Shown in pieces: positions 7,160 through 15,071 of a DNA stretch of 64,000 nt. Origin of the DNA: a bacterium (GTDB taxonomy: Bacteria > Patescibacteriota > Minisyncoccia > Minisyncoccales > GWA2-46-15); assembly GCA_030693425.1 (NCBI GenBank), contig JAUYAM010000004.1, positions 23,163 to 87,162 of the forward strand. The letters run 5' to 3'. The first letter of the stretch is position 1; each line of letters opens with the position of its first letter. Under the pieces are notes generated by a model that was not told the DNA's origin, did no database searches, and was given only the letters and a program-made list of their open reading frames with translations. Made by a program: the position numbers and the translations under genes.

Positions 7160-8809
7160 ATGCCTAATTCGGAAATAAACTTTTTCGCCGAAACCACTTT
7201 TCGCAGAGAGAGAAGGCGTTTTGGCATCAAACTAGATGATCGCCGGAAACACATGTACCTGATCGGCAAAACCGGCATGGGCAAGACCAATATGATGTCC
7301 AATATGGCAATTCAGGATATTCAGGCCGGCAGAGGAGTCTGCTTCATCGATCCTCACGGGGAGACGGCCGAAAGTCTGCTGGATTTCATTCCCGCCAGCC
7401 GGATAAACGACGTCATTTACTTTAACCCGGCTGATTTTGATTTTCCGATCGCCTTTAACGTTATGGAAAAAGTAGACTTGAGCCACCGCCACCTGGTGGC
7501 TTCCGGCCTGATGGGAGTATTCAAGAAAATCTGGCCGGACGTCTGGTCAGCCAGAATGGAGTATATTTTAAACAACTCGATCCTGGCGCTTCTGGAGTAT
7601 CCTGGCTCGACCCTGCTGGGCATCAACCGGATGATGGCCGATCCCGAATACCGCCAAAAGGTGGTCGAAAAAATAACCGATCCTGTGGTCAAAGCTTTCT
7701 GGCTTCAGGAATATGCAAGATATACCCAGAGATACGAGGTTGAAGCGACGGCCGCCATTCAGAATAAGGTCGGCCAGTTCATTTCCGCCCCCATAATCCG
7801 CAACATCATCGGCCAGGTCTCCTCGAAGATCGATATGCGCGAAATTATGGACAACCGGAAAATCCTGATCATGAATTTGTCAAAGGGAAGAACAGGGGAG
7901 GACAATTCAACTCTTTTAGGGGCTCTTTTGGTTACAAAATTACAGTTGGCGGCCATGTCTCGGGTCGACATTCCGGAGGAAGAAAGGGCGGATTTTTTTC
8001 TGTACGTTGACGAGTTCCAGAACTTTGCCACCGAATCCTTTGCCACGATTCTGTCTGAGGCCAGGAAATACAGATTGGATTTAATTTTGGGCCATCAGTA
8101 TATTACCCAGATGACAGAAGAAGTCAGGGATGCGGTTTTCGGCAACGTCGGCACCATCGTTTGCTTTCGAATCGGGGCCGAAGACGCCGAATTCCTGGAA
8201 AAGGAGTTCACTCCGGAGTTCATGGCCACGGATTTGGTCAATTTAGGCAAGTACAATGTTTATTTGAAATTAATGATTGACGGCCTGGCCGGCCGGGGAT
8301 TTTCGGCCGAGACCCTGCCGCCGGTCATCGGACTTGAAAAATCCAGCCGGGAAAAGATTATTAAAGTTTCCCGGGAAAGGTACGGCACCCAGAGAAAGAT
8401 TGTTGAAGATAAAATCAGCCGCTGGACCGGGATGACGGAAGAAAAGATAGCGGCCATGCCTCCCAGAGAGCCTCTTCTCTACGATGCCCAGTGCGCCAGT
8501 TGCAAAAAATGGACAAAAGTAGTTTTCAAGCCGGACGGCAAAAGGCCGGTCTATTGCAAAGCCTGTTTAAAAAACATCCAAAGAGAAAGGGAAAAACCGG
8601 TTGAAGAAAAACCCGCGCCAGAGCAGTCGCAGCCCTTGCCTCCGCCGCCGCCCCAGCCCCAGCCCCAAAGCCCTCTTTCTTTGGAGGAAGCGATGGCTAA
8701 GGAACCGGTTTCTTTTTCTTCTAAAAGAGACAGAATCAGAAAGGCTCCGGAAATCGATAGGGTCAAAGAGATGATCAAAGAAGCTTTAAAGCCCAAAGAC
8801 CAGGCTTAA
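7160..8809 (+). CDS. VirD4/TraG/TraD-like (type IV coupling protein-like) P-loop ATPase with C-terminal CxxC..CxxC zinc ribbon and proline-rich tail
   Basis: Walker A is GKTGMGKT, followed by FIDPHGE; Walker B is FFLYVDEFQNF, followed by LILGHQYITQM. The C-terminus has CASCKKWTKVVFKPDGKRPVYCKAC and PLPPPPPQPQPQ. Confidence 0.65.
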   Translation: MPNSEINFFAETTFRRERRRFGIKLDDRRKHMYLIGKTGMGKTNMMSNMAIQDIQAGRGVCFIDPHGETAESLLDFIPASRINDVIYFNPADFDFPIAFNVMEKVDLSHRHLVASGLMGVFKKIWPDVWSARMEYILNNSILALLEYPGSTLLGINRMMADPEYRQKVVEKITDPVVKAFWLQEYARYTQRYEVEATAAIQNKVGQFISAPIIRNIIGQVSSKIDMREIMDNRKILIMNLSKGRTGEDNSTLLGALLVTKLQLAAMSRVDIPEEERADFFLYVDEFQNFATESFATILSEARKYRLDLILGHQYITQMTEEVRDAVFGNVGTIVCFRIGAEDAEFLEKEFTPEFMATDLVNLGKYNVYLKLMIDGLAGRGFSAETLPPVIGLEKSSREKIIKVSRERYGTQRKIVEDKISRWTGMTEEKIAAMPPREPLLYDAQCASCKKWTKVVFKPDGKRPVYCKACLKNIQREREKPVEEKPAPEQSQPLPPPPPQPQPQSPLSLEEAMAKEPVSFSSKRDRIRKAPEIDRVKEMIKEALKPKDQA

Positions 8810-8827
8810 AATCGATTTCAAGGCAAA

Positions 8828-9868
8828 ATGAAGAGCGTTCGCGACTTTAATCTCAAAGGGAAAAAGGTTTTAGTAAGGTGTGATTTCAACGTTCCCCTTA
8901 ATCAGAAAGGGGATATTTTAGATGATTTTCGGATTGAGGCAGCTCTGCCGACCATCCAATATCTTATTGGCCAGGAGGCGAAAGCAATTTTGATGAGCCA
9001 TCTGGACGATCCCGGCGGAAAATTTGTAGAAAGATTAAGATTGACTAAAGTCAGAGACCGGTTGTCTGAGTGTCTGGATTTTCCGATCGCCAAAACCGAC
9101 GATTGCCTGGGGCCGGAAGTCGAGAGCAGAACGGAAAGGATGCGGCCGAAAGAAGTTCTTTTGCTCGAAAATCTCAGGTTTCATTCTGAGGAAGAAGCGG
9201 GGGATTTAAAGTTTGCTGAAAAACTCTCAAAGTTCGGGGAAATCTTTCTCAATGACGCTTTCGGAACTTCGCATCGAGATCACGCTTCTTTTAAAGTAGC
9301 TAGATATCTGCCCTGCGGTTCAGGCCTTCTTTTAGAAAAAGAAATTGAGGTTCTGGCCAAGATTAGGGAAAACGCCGACAGGCCTTTGGTAGTAATCCTC
9401 GGCGGTAAACCCAAGGGGATTGAGTCAAAAATAAGATTCCTGGACAGCATTTCTGCCAAAGCCGATTTTATTCTTTTAGGAAACCTGGTTGACGACGAGT
9501 TAAAGAAAATGGGTTTTAAGTTAGGGGAACCAAAAAAGCTTATCTCGCCGGTCGATTCTTCTGAGGGATTCGACATTGGCCCAAAGACCATTGAGCTTTT
9601 TAAGGAAAAGATTTCTCTGGCCAAGACGGTTTTCTGGTCCGGCCCCTTGGGGAAAATCGAGGAAGATAAGTTTTCTGTTGGCTCTCGAGAAGTCGCCAAA
9701 GTCATTGTTGAAAGCGGAGCCTTTTCGGTTGCCGGCGGCGGAGAAACAACCTGGTTTTTAAGAAAGACAAATCTTTCTAAGAAATTCAGCCATTTATCAA
9801 CAGGCGGAGACGCCCTTCTGATATTCTTGTCGGGAGAAAAGCTTCCGGCCGTAGAAGTTTTGAAATGA
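8828..9868 (+). CDS. pgk: Phosphoglycerate kinase (short form, 346 aa)
   Basis: N-terminal KGKKVLVRCDFNVPL and NDAFGTSHR motifs are present. Confidence 0.85.
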   Translation: MKSVRDFNLKGKKVLVRCDFNVPLNQKGDILDDFRIEAALPTIQYLIGQEAKAILMSHLDDPGGKFVERLRLTKVRDRLSECLDFPIAKTDDCLGPEVESRTERMRPKEVLLLENLRFHSEEEAGDLKFAEKLSKFGEIFLNDAFGTSHRDHASFKVARYLPCGSGLLLEKEIEVLAKIRENADRPLVVILGGKPKGIESKIRFLDSISAKADFILLGNLVDDELKKMGFKLGEPKKLISPVDSSEGFDIGPKTIELFKEKISLAKTVFWSGPLGKIEEDKFSVGSREVAKVIVESGAFSVAGGGETTWFLRKTNLSKKFSHLSTGGDALLIFLSGEKLPAVEVLK

Positions 9869-9871
9869 CAC

Positions 9872-11044
9872 ATGGCAGAAATCAAGAATCTTAAAAAACT
9901 TGCCAACCGGATTTCAAAAGCCATAGCCGAAAAAGAAAGGATCATTTTGTATGGCGATTCCGACATGGACGGCGCCTGTTCTGTTATCATCTTAAAAGAA
10001 GCCATCTGTAGCCTTGGCGGAGACAGCCCGATTATTTACTTTTCCGACAGGAAAAGGGAAGAGCACGGCATTAACAAGAAGGCGCTTGACTTTCTGAAAG
10101 GCAAGGCTCCGGCCTTATTTCTCTCTCTCGATTGCGGCATCGCCAATTTCCGCGAGGTGGAGTTGGCAAAAAAGCTTGGTTTTGAAGTGGCTATTGCCGA
10201 CCATCATAATATTCAGGGAAGGATTCCGAAAGTCAGGATCGTCGTCAATCCAAAACAGGGGAGCAAAAATTCGCCTTTCTATCATTTGGCGGCCGCTGGC
10301 ATCGTTTTTAAATTAGCCGAGGCTATCTTGGGAAGGAAACTTTCCAAAACTCTCAAAGAAGATATGCTGGCGCTGGCGGCTCTGGCGACCCTGGCCGAAC
10401 TTGTCCAGGAGACCGGTGAAAACCAAAAGATTCTAGAGCAGGGCTTGCCTCTTTTGGAAAGTTCCTGGCGGCCGGCAGTCAGACTTTTTTTCAGTTCCAG
10501 CCTGACCAAGAATTGCATTTCAACGAGAGAAATCGTCTGGAAGGTCATTTCAATCATCAATATCACCAGCAAAGAAGGCGTTTTTAGCGAAACTTATCTT
10601 TTTTTGAATTCCCAGACTCCAGAAGAGGCAAGGTTGCGCTTTGAGGAGTTTTTGCGCAAAGGCGTCGAAAGACAAGCGAAGATCGGAGAATTGACAGAAG
10701 AACTCAAGAAAAAAGTTTCTTTTATGGAAAAAGATTCAGCCGTCATTTTTGAGGACCTGAACGATCGGCAATTTCCGATTCTCTCGGCTGTCGCTTCCCG
10801 GATTTGCGATTTTTTCAAGAAGCCGACTTTCATCTTCACCAAGGAAAAAGGAGAGAACTGGGGAGGGTTTAGGATGCCTTTTGAAGAAGACGGCGTCGGA
10901 GCCCTGGCTAGCTGCCGTCAATTATTGAGAAGGTACGGCGGCCATCCGGCGGCCGGAGGCTTCTATTTTGAAAATAAAAACAAGGAAAAGCTAAAAGAGT
11001 GCTTGGCAAAGCATTTTAATAAAAATCTGCATAAATCAGTTTAA
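9872..11044 (+). CDS. DHH/DHHA1 phosphoesterase, RecJ-like
   Basis: Motifs GDSDMDGACS, LDCG, IADHHN and GGHPAAGGF are present. At 390 aa it is shorter than canonical RecJ. Confidence 0.7.
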   Translation: MAEIKNLKKLANRISKAIAEKERIILYGDSDMDGACSVIILKEAICSLGGDSPIIYFSDRKREEHGINKKALDFLKGKAPALFLSLDCGIANFREVELAKKLGFEVAIADHHNIQGRIPKVRIVVNPKQGSKNSPFYHLAAAGIVFKLAEAILGRKLSKTLKEDMLALAALATLAELVQETGENQKILEQGLPLLESSWRPAVRLFFSSSLTKNCISTREIVWKVISIINITSKEGVFSETYLFLNSQTPEEARLRFEEFLRKGVERQAKIGELTEELKKKVSFMEKDSAVIFEDLNDRQFPILSAVASRICDFFKKPTFIFTKEKGENWGGFRMPFEEDGVGALASCRQLLRRYGGHPAAGGFYFENKNKEKLKECLAKHFNKNLHKSV

Positions 11045-11050
11045 ATCATT

Positions 11051-11497
11051 ATGAATCAGCGCCGCATCGTAGTTTATACTGATGGGGGTTCAAGAGGAAA
11101 CCCTGGGCCTTCGGCTTTGGGAGTAGTCATTTGCTCGGAAAAAGGAGAGCCGATAAGAAAATACGGCGAGTTTTTAGGGGAAATGACCAATAATCAGGCC
11201 GAATACCGGGCCGTGATTTTCGCCTTAAAAAAAATCAAGGCTCTCTGGGGTAGAAAGACAGCTGCCAAAATAGAAGTTGAGATAAGGTCTGATTCTGAGC
11301 TTTTGGTCAGCCAATTGATGGGCGAGTACAAGATTCTCGACGAGAATATCCAGAAACTATTTATTTTGGTCTGGAATCTGAAAATTGATTACAAGAAAGT
11401 GGAATTTGTATTGATTCCCCGCGAAGAAAACCAGGAAGCAGATTTTCTGGCCAATGAGGCCTTAGATCAAGAAGATAGGGTCCGGAGGCTAATATAA
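11051..11497 (+). CDS. rnhA: Ribonuclease HI family protein
   Basis: Contains VVYTDGGSRGNPGPSALGVV, NNQAEYRA and ADFLAN. Confidence 0.8.
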   Translation: MNQRRIVVYTDGGSRGNPGPSALGVVICSEKGEPIRKYGEFLGEMTNNQAEYRAVIFALKKIKALWGRKTAAKIEVEIRSDSELLVSQLMGEYKILDENIQKLFILVWNLKIDYKKVEFVLIPREENQEADFLANEALDQEDRVRRLI

Positions 11498-11507
11498 TAA
11501 TGACATC

Positions 11508-12185
11508 ATGGAAAACATTTACGAGAATATGTATCGTGCTGGCGCTAATGTTTTTCAAAACAATCCCAGGATAAAAATTATGTCAGGGATTATTAACCAG
11601 CTTGATTTGAAAGATAAGGACGTTTTAGATATCGGCTGTCACGAAGGGTACCTTTTGTCTTTAATTGAAAACAAAAACAATAATTTTTACGGCCTAGACG
11701 CTAGTAATTATGCCGTTGAAGAATCGTTTAAAAAAGGTATTAAGGTCAAAAAATTCTATTTTGATGGCAAATCAGAAATTCCTTTTTCTGGTAATTCTTT
11801 CGATTTAATCAATGCCGGCGATATCATTGAACATATTTATGATACTGATTTTTTTCTCGAAGAGATTAGAAGATTATTAAGGCCGAATGGTTATTTCCTA
11901 ATTTCAACACCGAATGTCGCTTCTTTTGGCAGAAGAATATTGCTTTTATTAAGCATTAATCCTTTTATCGAAACATCACCTAACGAAGCAGAAAGTTCTG
12001 GACATATAAGGTATTTCACTTTTAAAACCTTAAAAAGAATTCTAGAAAAGCATTCTTTCAAAATTATCTTGAAAAAATCTGATGTTCTGAATTTATCTAA
12101 TGATGGTAGATTCAGATGCTTCCTTCTCCCAAAACTATTTTTAAGTTTAGGGCAAAGTATTATTTATCTTTGCCAGAAGAATTAA
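11508..12185 (+). CDS. Class I SAM-dependent methyltransferase
   Basis: Contains VLDIGCHEGYL (motif I) and INAGDIIEHI. Confidence 0.7.
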   Translation: MENIYENMYRAGANVFQNNPRIKIMSGIINQLDLKDKDVLDIGCHEGYLLSLIENKNNNFYGLDASNYAVEESFKKGIKVKKFYFDGKSEIPFSGNSFDLINAGDIIEHIYDTDFFLEEIRRLLRPNGYFLISTPNVASFGRRILLLLSINPFIETSPNEAESSGHIRYFTFKTLKRILEKHSFKIILKKSDVLNLSNDGRFRCFLLPKLFLSLGQSIIYLCQKN

Positions 12186-12232
12186 AAAAACCACTCTTTG
12201 AAGCGGATTTTTTAATTTCCAGCAAGCCCACC
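12186..12232 (-). repeat. Diverged duplicate of the rnpB 3' terminus plus its terminator (partner copy at 16205-16253)
   Basis: There is a 13-nt identical core (12217-12229 = 16241-16253, minus-sense GGGCTTGCTGGAA). It is followed by a collinear A-run/hairpin/T-run. The hairpin is fully paired only in the minus-sense transcript. Confidence 0.6.
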
Positions 12233-12405
12233 TCTCTGGTTTTAAGAATTCTTTTAAGCCCTTGACAAGGGTTTTTGCTTTTGCTACTGTTACTTTAGTT
12301 AGATAAAGTGCTTTAATTTGATAAAGTGGTGCCCCGCACGCTTGCGTGTGGGGCGGAATCCCGCACCGAGGGCACTGTTTGCCTTCTGGTGCGTGGATAA
12401 AGAAT

Positions 12406-12726
12406 ATGAACTGGGATAATCCTAAAACCAAAGATTTATTTGAAGCGATTCTGCGACTTAAAAGCGTGGCCGAAGCCAAGCGGTTTTTTCGCGATCTTTT
12501 AACCGAGCAAGAAATCATTGAGTTTGGCAAAAGATGGCAGGCAGCCCAGATGCTGGCGAAAAAAGCATCTTATTCTGAAATCGTGGAAAAGACTGGTTTG
12601 AGCTCAACAACCGTGGCGCGGGTTTCCAAGTGGCTCAATAAGGGAACGGGCGGATACAAATTAATGCTTAAAAGATTGAATTCTCATCATCACGCAGCTT
12701 TTCCTAACGGGAAAGGGTTGCGTTGA
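12406..12726 (+). CDS. YerC/YecD (TrpR-like) family protein
   Basis: Contains LFEAILRLKSVAEAKRFFRDLLTEQEI..RWQAAQML..SYSEIVEKTGLSSTTVARVSKWL. ATG 12406 is chosen because the upstream part of the track ORF lies in a structured GC-rich leader. Confidence 0.75.
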   Translation: MNWDNPKTKDLFEAILRLKSVAEAKRFFRDLLTEQEIIEFGKRWQAAQMLAKKASYSEIVEKTGLSSTTVARVSKWLNKGTGGYKLMLKRLNSHHHAAFPNGKGLR

Positions 12727-12748
12727 TGTTTATTTATATATAAACCCA

Positions 12749-12776
12749 GCCCCTTCCCGTTAGGGAAGGGGCTTTT
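12749..12776 (+). terminator. Rho-independent terminator after the yerC-like gene
   Basis: Hairpin GCCCCTTCCC-GTTA-GGGAAGGGGC followed by TTTT. Confidence 0.75.
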
Positions 12777-12846
12777 CGCTTTCGCGAAAGCTCAAACCAG
12801 CACCTTGTAAACCTAGCACCAAAATTTTCTTCAAGGAGGAAGAAAA

Positions 12847-13989
12847 ATGAACACAAACTGGAAGATTTGTATTGTAGAGCTCACCCGCTCCTGCCCATTT
12901 AACTGTCCAAATTGTTACATGAGGCAGCGGGGCGATCTCAACAATCCTGTTGACGGCGTTCTTCACATGCCGCTGGATAACTATCAGCGGATGCTGGAAA
13001 TATTCACCGGGCAGGGCGGAACGGGCATGGAACTCTTGGGTGGAGAACCTTCTTGCCATCCGAATTTCCTGGAAGTAGTAGAACTCTCTCTTCGGACTGG
13101 GTTGGAAACATGGATTTACACTAACCTTAGTCAAATGGGTCGGCAGCCGCGACTCGCTTGGACCTTGATGGAAATGCGTCGGCAATACGACGAGAAGCTT
13201 TTCGTCGTCGGCAAGTCAGCGGTTCCGGACTTGACGGATCCTGAACAGCGAAAGGTTCAAGCATATACGCTTGGCACCAACGACGCAGGTGTGGAACTGT
13301 TTAAGCGTGGCCGGGAGTGGATGATTAGCGCCGGGTGGCGCAAACCATTCTTCGGTGTTGAGAATCTCCTCAACCGGTGCAACATCGTCTGGGCGCCAGC
13401 CATCTACGAGTACGGCTTGCAAACCGGATATTTCTTCGTAGACTGCGAATGGCCGACGTTTCCTGGGCAAAAAGCAGGTTTACGAGAGTATCTAAGATTG
13501 TTGCCAACCGAAGAGCAGTTGCAGAGTTTCGTCGCTGCCATTCAGGAGATTGATCGTCGCTACGGACTACCGGTTGCTTCGCCGGTAATGCCTCACCTTA
13601 CGGGAAAGAGCAAGACCGGAGAGTCGGTGGGATGTATCGCTTTCAAGCAAGCCGCGTTGTATATTGCTGTTAATGGCGACATGCAACTCTGTTCGTCTGG
13701 TCTGCCTCTTCGCGACGAAACTGGTCGGCAATTCAACCTTTTCCGGGATCCATTGGATGAGATTTTGGATAACCCGGTCGTTATTGCCCGCCGGCAAAGT
13801 TGCGAACAGTCGCAGATTCAATCGGGCCATTGCGCGACCTGTGCCGATTTTTCGCGTTGCCTTGCCGGTTGCGCCGCTTTCAGAGAAGCTTTCTACGGCA
13901 CAGCGCTTCGTTCCTATCCGATGTGCCCACAGTATCCGTGGGACAATGATATCCGTCGACTCGTAGAGTCGGCGAAAGGAGATAACTGA
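12847..13989 (+). CDS. Radical SAM/SPASM domain protein
   Basis: 380 aa. The CxxxCxxC motif appears as SCPFNCPNCY, and GGEP is present. The C-terminal SPASM Cys pattern is C..G....C ... CATCADFSRCLAGC ... C. An RBS (AAGGAGGAAG) lies upstream. Confidence 0.85.
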   Translation: MNTNWKICIVELTRSCPFNCPNCYMRQRGDLNNPVDGVLHMPLDNYQRMLEIFTGQGGTGMELLGGEPSCHPNFLEVVELSLRTGLETWIYTNLSQMGRQPRLAWTLMEMRRQYDEKLFVVGKSAVPDLTDPEQRKVQAYTLGTNDAGVELFKRGREWMISAGWRKPFFGVENLLNRCNIVWAPAIYEYGLQTGYFFVDCEWPTFPGQKAGLREYLRLLPTEEQLQSFVAAIQEIDRRYGLPVASPVMPHLTGKSKTGESVGCIAFKQAALYIAVNGDMQLCSSGLPLRDETGRQFNLFRDPLDEILDNPVVIARRQSCEQSQIQSGHCATCADFSRCLAGCAAFREAFYGTALRSYPMCPQYPWDNDIRRLVESAKGDN

Positions 13990-13991
13990 AG

Positions 13992-14987
13992 ATGAAAAGG
14001 ACAAATAGGATTGATGTGGTAGTTCTCGTGGATCCGGTAGGGGGTATTACTCATGACCAGGCGCGAGAAGTGGTTCGGGCCGTGCTTAAATACAACAATG
14101 ATGAAAGCCGTCCGCTTTCCCGTCTCACCTTGACTGGGCAGGAAACAACTACAACTCAATGGCCTGATCTACTGCCCTTTCTTGATTGGGCGAGAATTAT
14201 CAGGCAAGGGGATGGCCTACGAATCTTTGGTAACCTCATCGGAATGACCCCAGAAACCGCTCGCGTTATCGCCGAACTTAAGGTGAGAATGTATGGCGAG
14301 TGGTTTGGCCCGAGCCTTGATGAAGTTGGAGTGCAGGCAATGGTCAATCAAGGAACGGCGTATGATGAGGCAACAGCGATGCTCGCTGGCATAAAGACTG
14401 CTTTGGCAACTGGCGCGTTGATCGGTTTGGAATTTCAGGTTAACCGTCAGAACATCAGCTATGTTGAAGATTTCCTTCGGCTCTGCCAAGAACTGGGCAT
14501 CGAAGGTCATCTAGAAATGCAGGAAACCCAGTTTTCTAAGCCGCGGAATTTGGCCGTAGCTAAGATGTATCGCCAAAGTCTGCCGCCAAAAGAGCAACTC
14601 CGTCGTATCTGTGAAATCGTTGCTGCTCAGGCCGATGTTTCGCCTGATAACCTGGTGTCGCCGTTTTTCACTTGCGGCAGCCAAGACGGCGCCTGCAACT
14701 ACTTTTACCGCGGTCTGTTTATTAGACCGAATGGCCGTGGTGGATTGCGGCAGACTGTTTGTCTGAGCGAGTTGACGGTGATTGACGATAACTTCAAACC
14801 GTCGTGGGCACAAATCGGTCACAGTCTCCGAAATCCTGTCCTTGCTCTTCGTAATATAGCACAGGAGCAAATGGAAGGCGGGTGCCGAACCTGTTCTGTT
14901 TGGAGTCAGTGCCTTGGCGGTTGTCGGGCCATGGCCTATCTTGCCAGCGGTTCGCGGTTTGCCCCGGATCCCAACTGCTGGAAGTAA
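13992..14987 (+). CDS. SPASM domain protein, radical-SAM-like fold but lacking the CxxxCxxC SAM-cluster motif
   Basis: 331 aa. The GGEP position reads LTLTGQET, and no CxxxCxxC motif occurs in the first 200 aa. The C-terminal part has CNYFYRGLFIRPNG....C and CRTCSVWSQCLGGC....C. It starts 2 nt after the upstream gene. Confidence 0.7.
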   Translation: MKRTNRIDVVVLVDPVGGITHDQAREVVRAVLKYNNDESRPLSRLTLTGQETTTTQWPDLLPFLDWARIIRQGDGLRIFGNLIGMTPETARVIAELKVRMYGEWFGPSLDEVGVQAMVNQGTAYDEATAMLAGIKTALATGALIGLEFQVNRQNISYVEDFLRLCQELGIEGHLEMQETQFSKPRNLAVAKMYRQSLPPKEQLRRICEIVAAQADVSPDNLVSPFFTCGSQDGACNYFYRGLFIRPNGRGGLRQTVCLSELTVIDDNFKPSWAQIGHSLRNPVLALRNIAQEQMEGGCRTCSVWSQCLGGCRAMAYLASGSRFAPDPNCWK

Positions 14988-15019
14988 ACTAAAAATGCTA
15001 GGTGCAAGGTATTGGGAAT

Positions 15020-15049
15020 GGGCGGAGAAAAGCTTGCTTTTCTCCGCCC
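15020..15049 (+). terminator. Strong hairpin after the rSAM gene pair
   Basis: 13-bp stem GGGCGGAGAAAAG-CTTG-CTTTTCTCCGCCC. The trailing T-run is weak. Confidence 0.55.
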
Positions 15050-15071
15050 TCTCAATTAATCATTCCAACTT

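Noticed and set aside
9280-10005. 241-aa ORF antisense to pgk and the RecJ-like gene, along with many similar antisense ORFs in the track (for example 17551..18078 and 19436..19927).
   Set aside because: They oppose strongly supported conserved genes. They have low-complexity, Ser/Pro/Lys-rich composition and no RBS.
12346-12405. Upstream 20 codons of the yerC-like track ORF (MWGGIPHRGHCLPSGAWIKN).
   Set aside because: They fall in the GC-rich three-way-junction leader. Conserved YerC/TrpR-like sequence begins at Met 12406.
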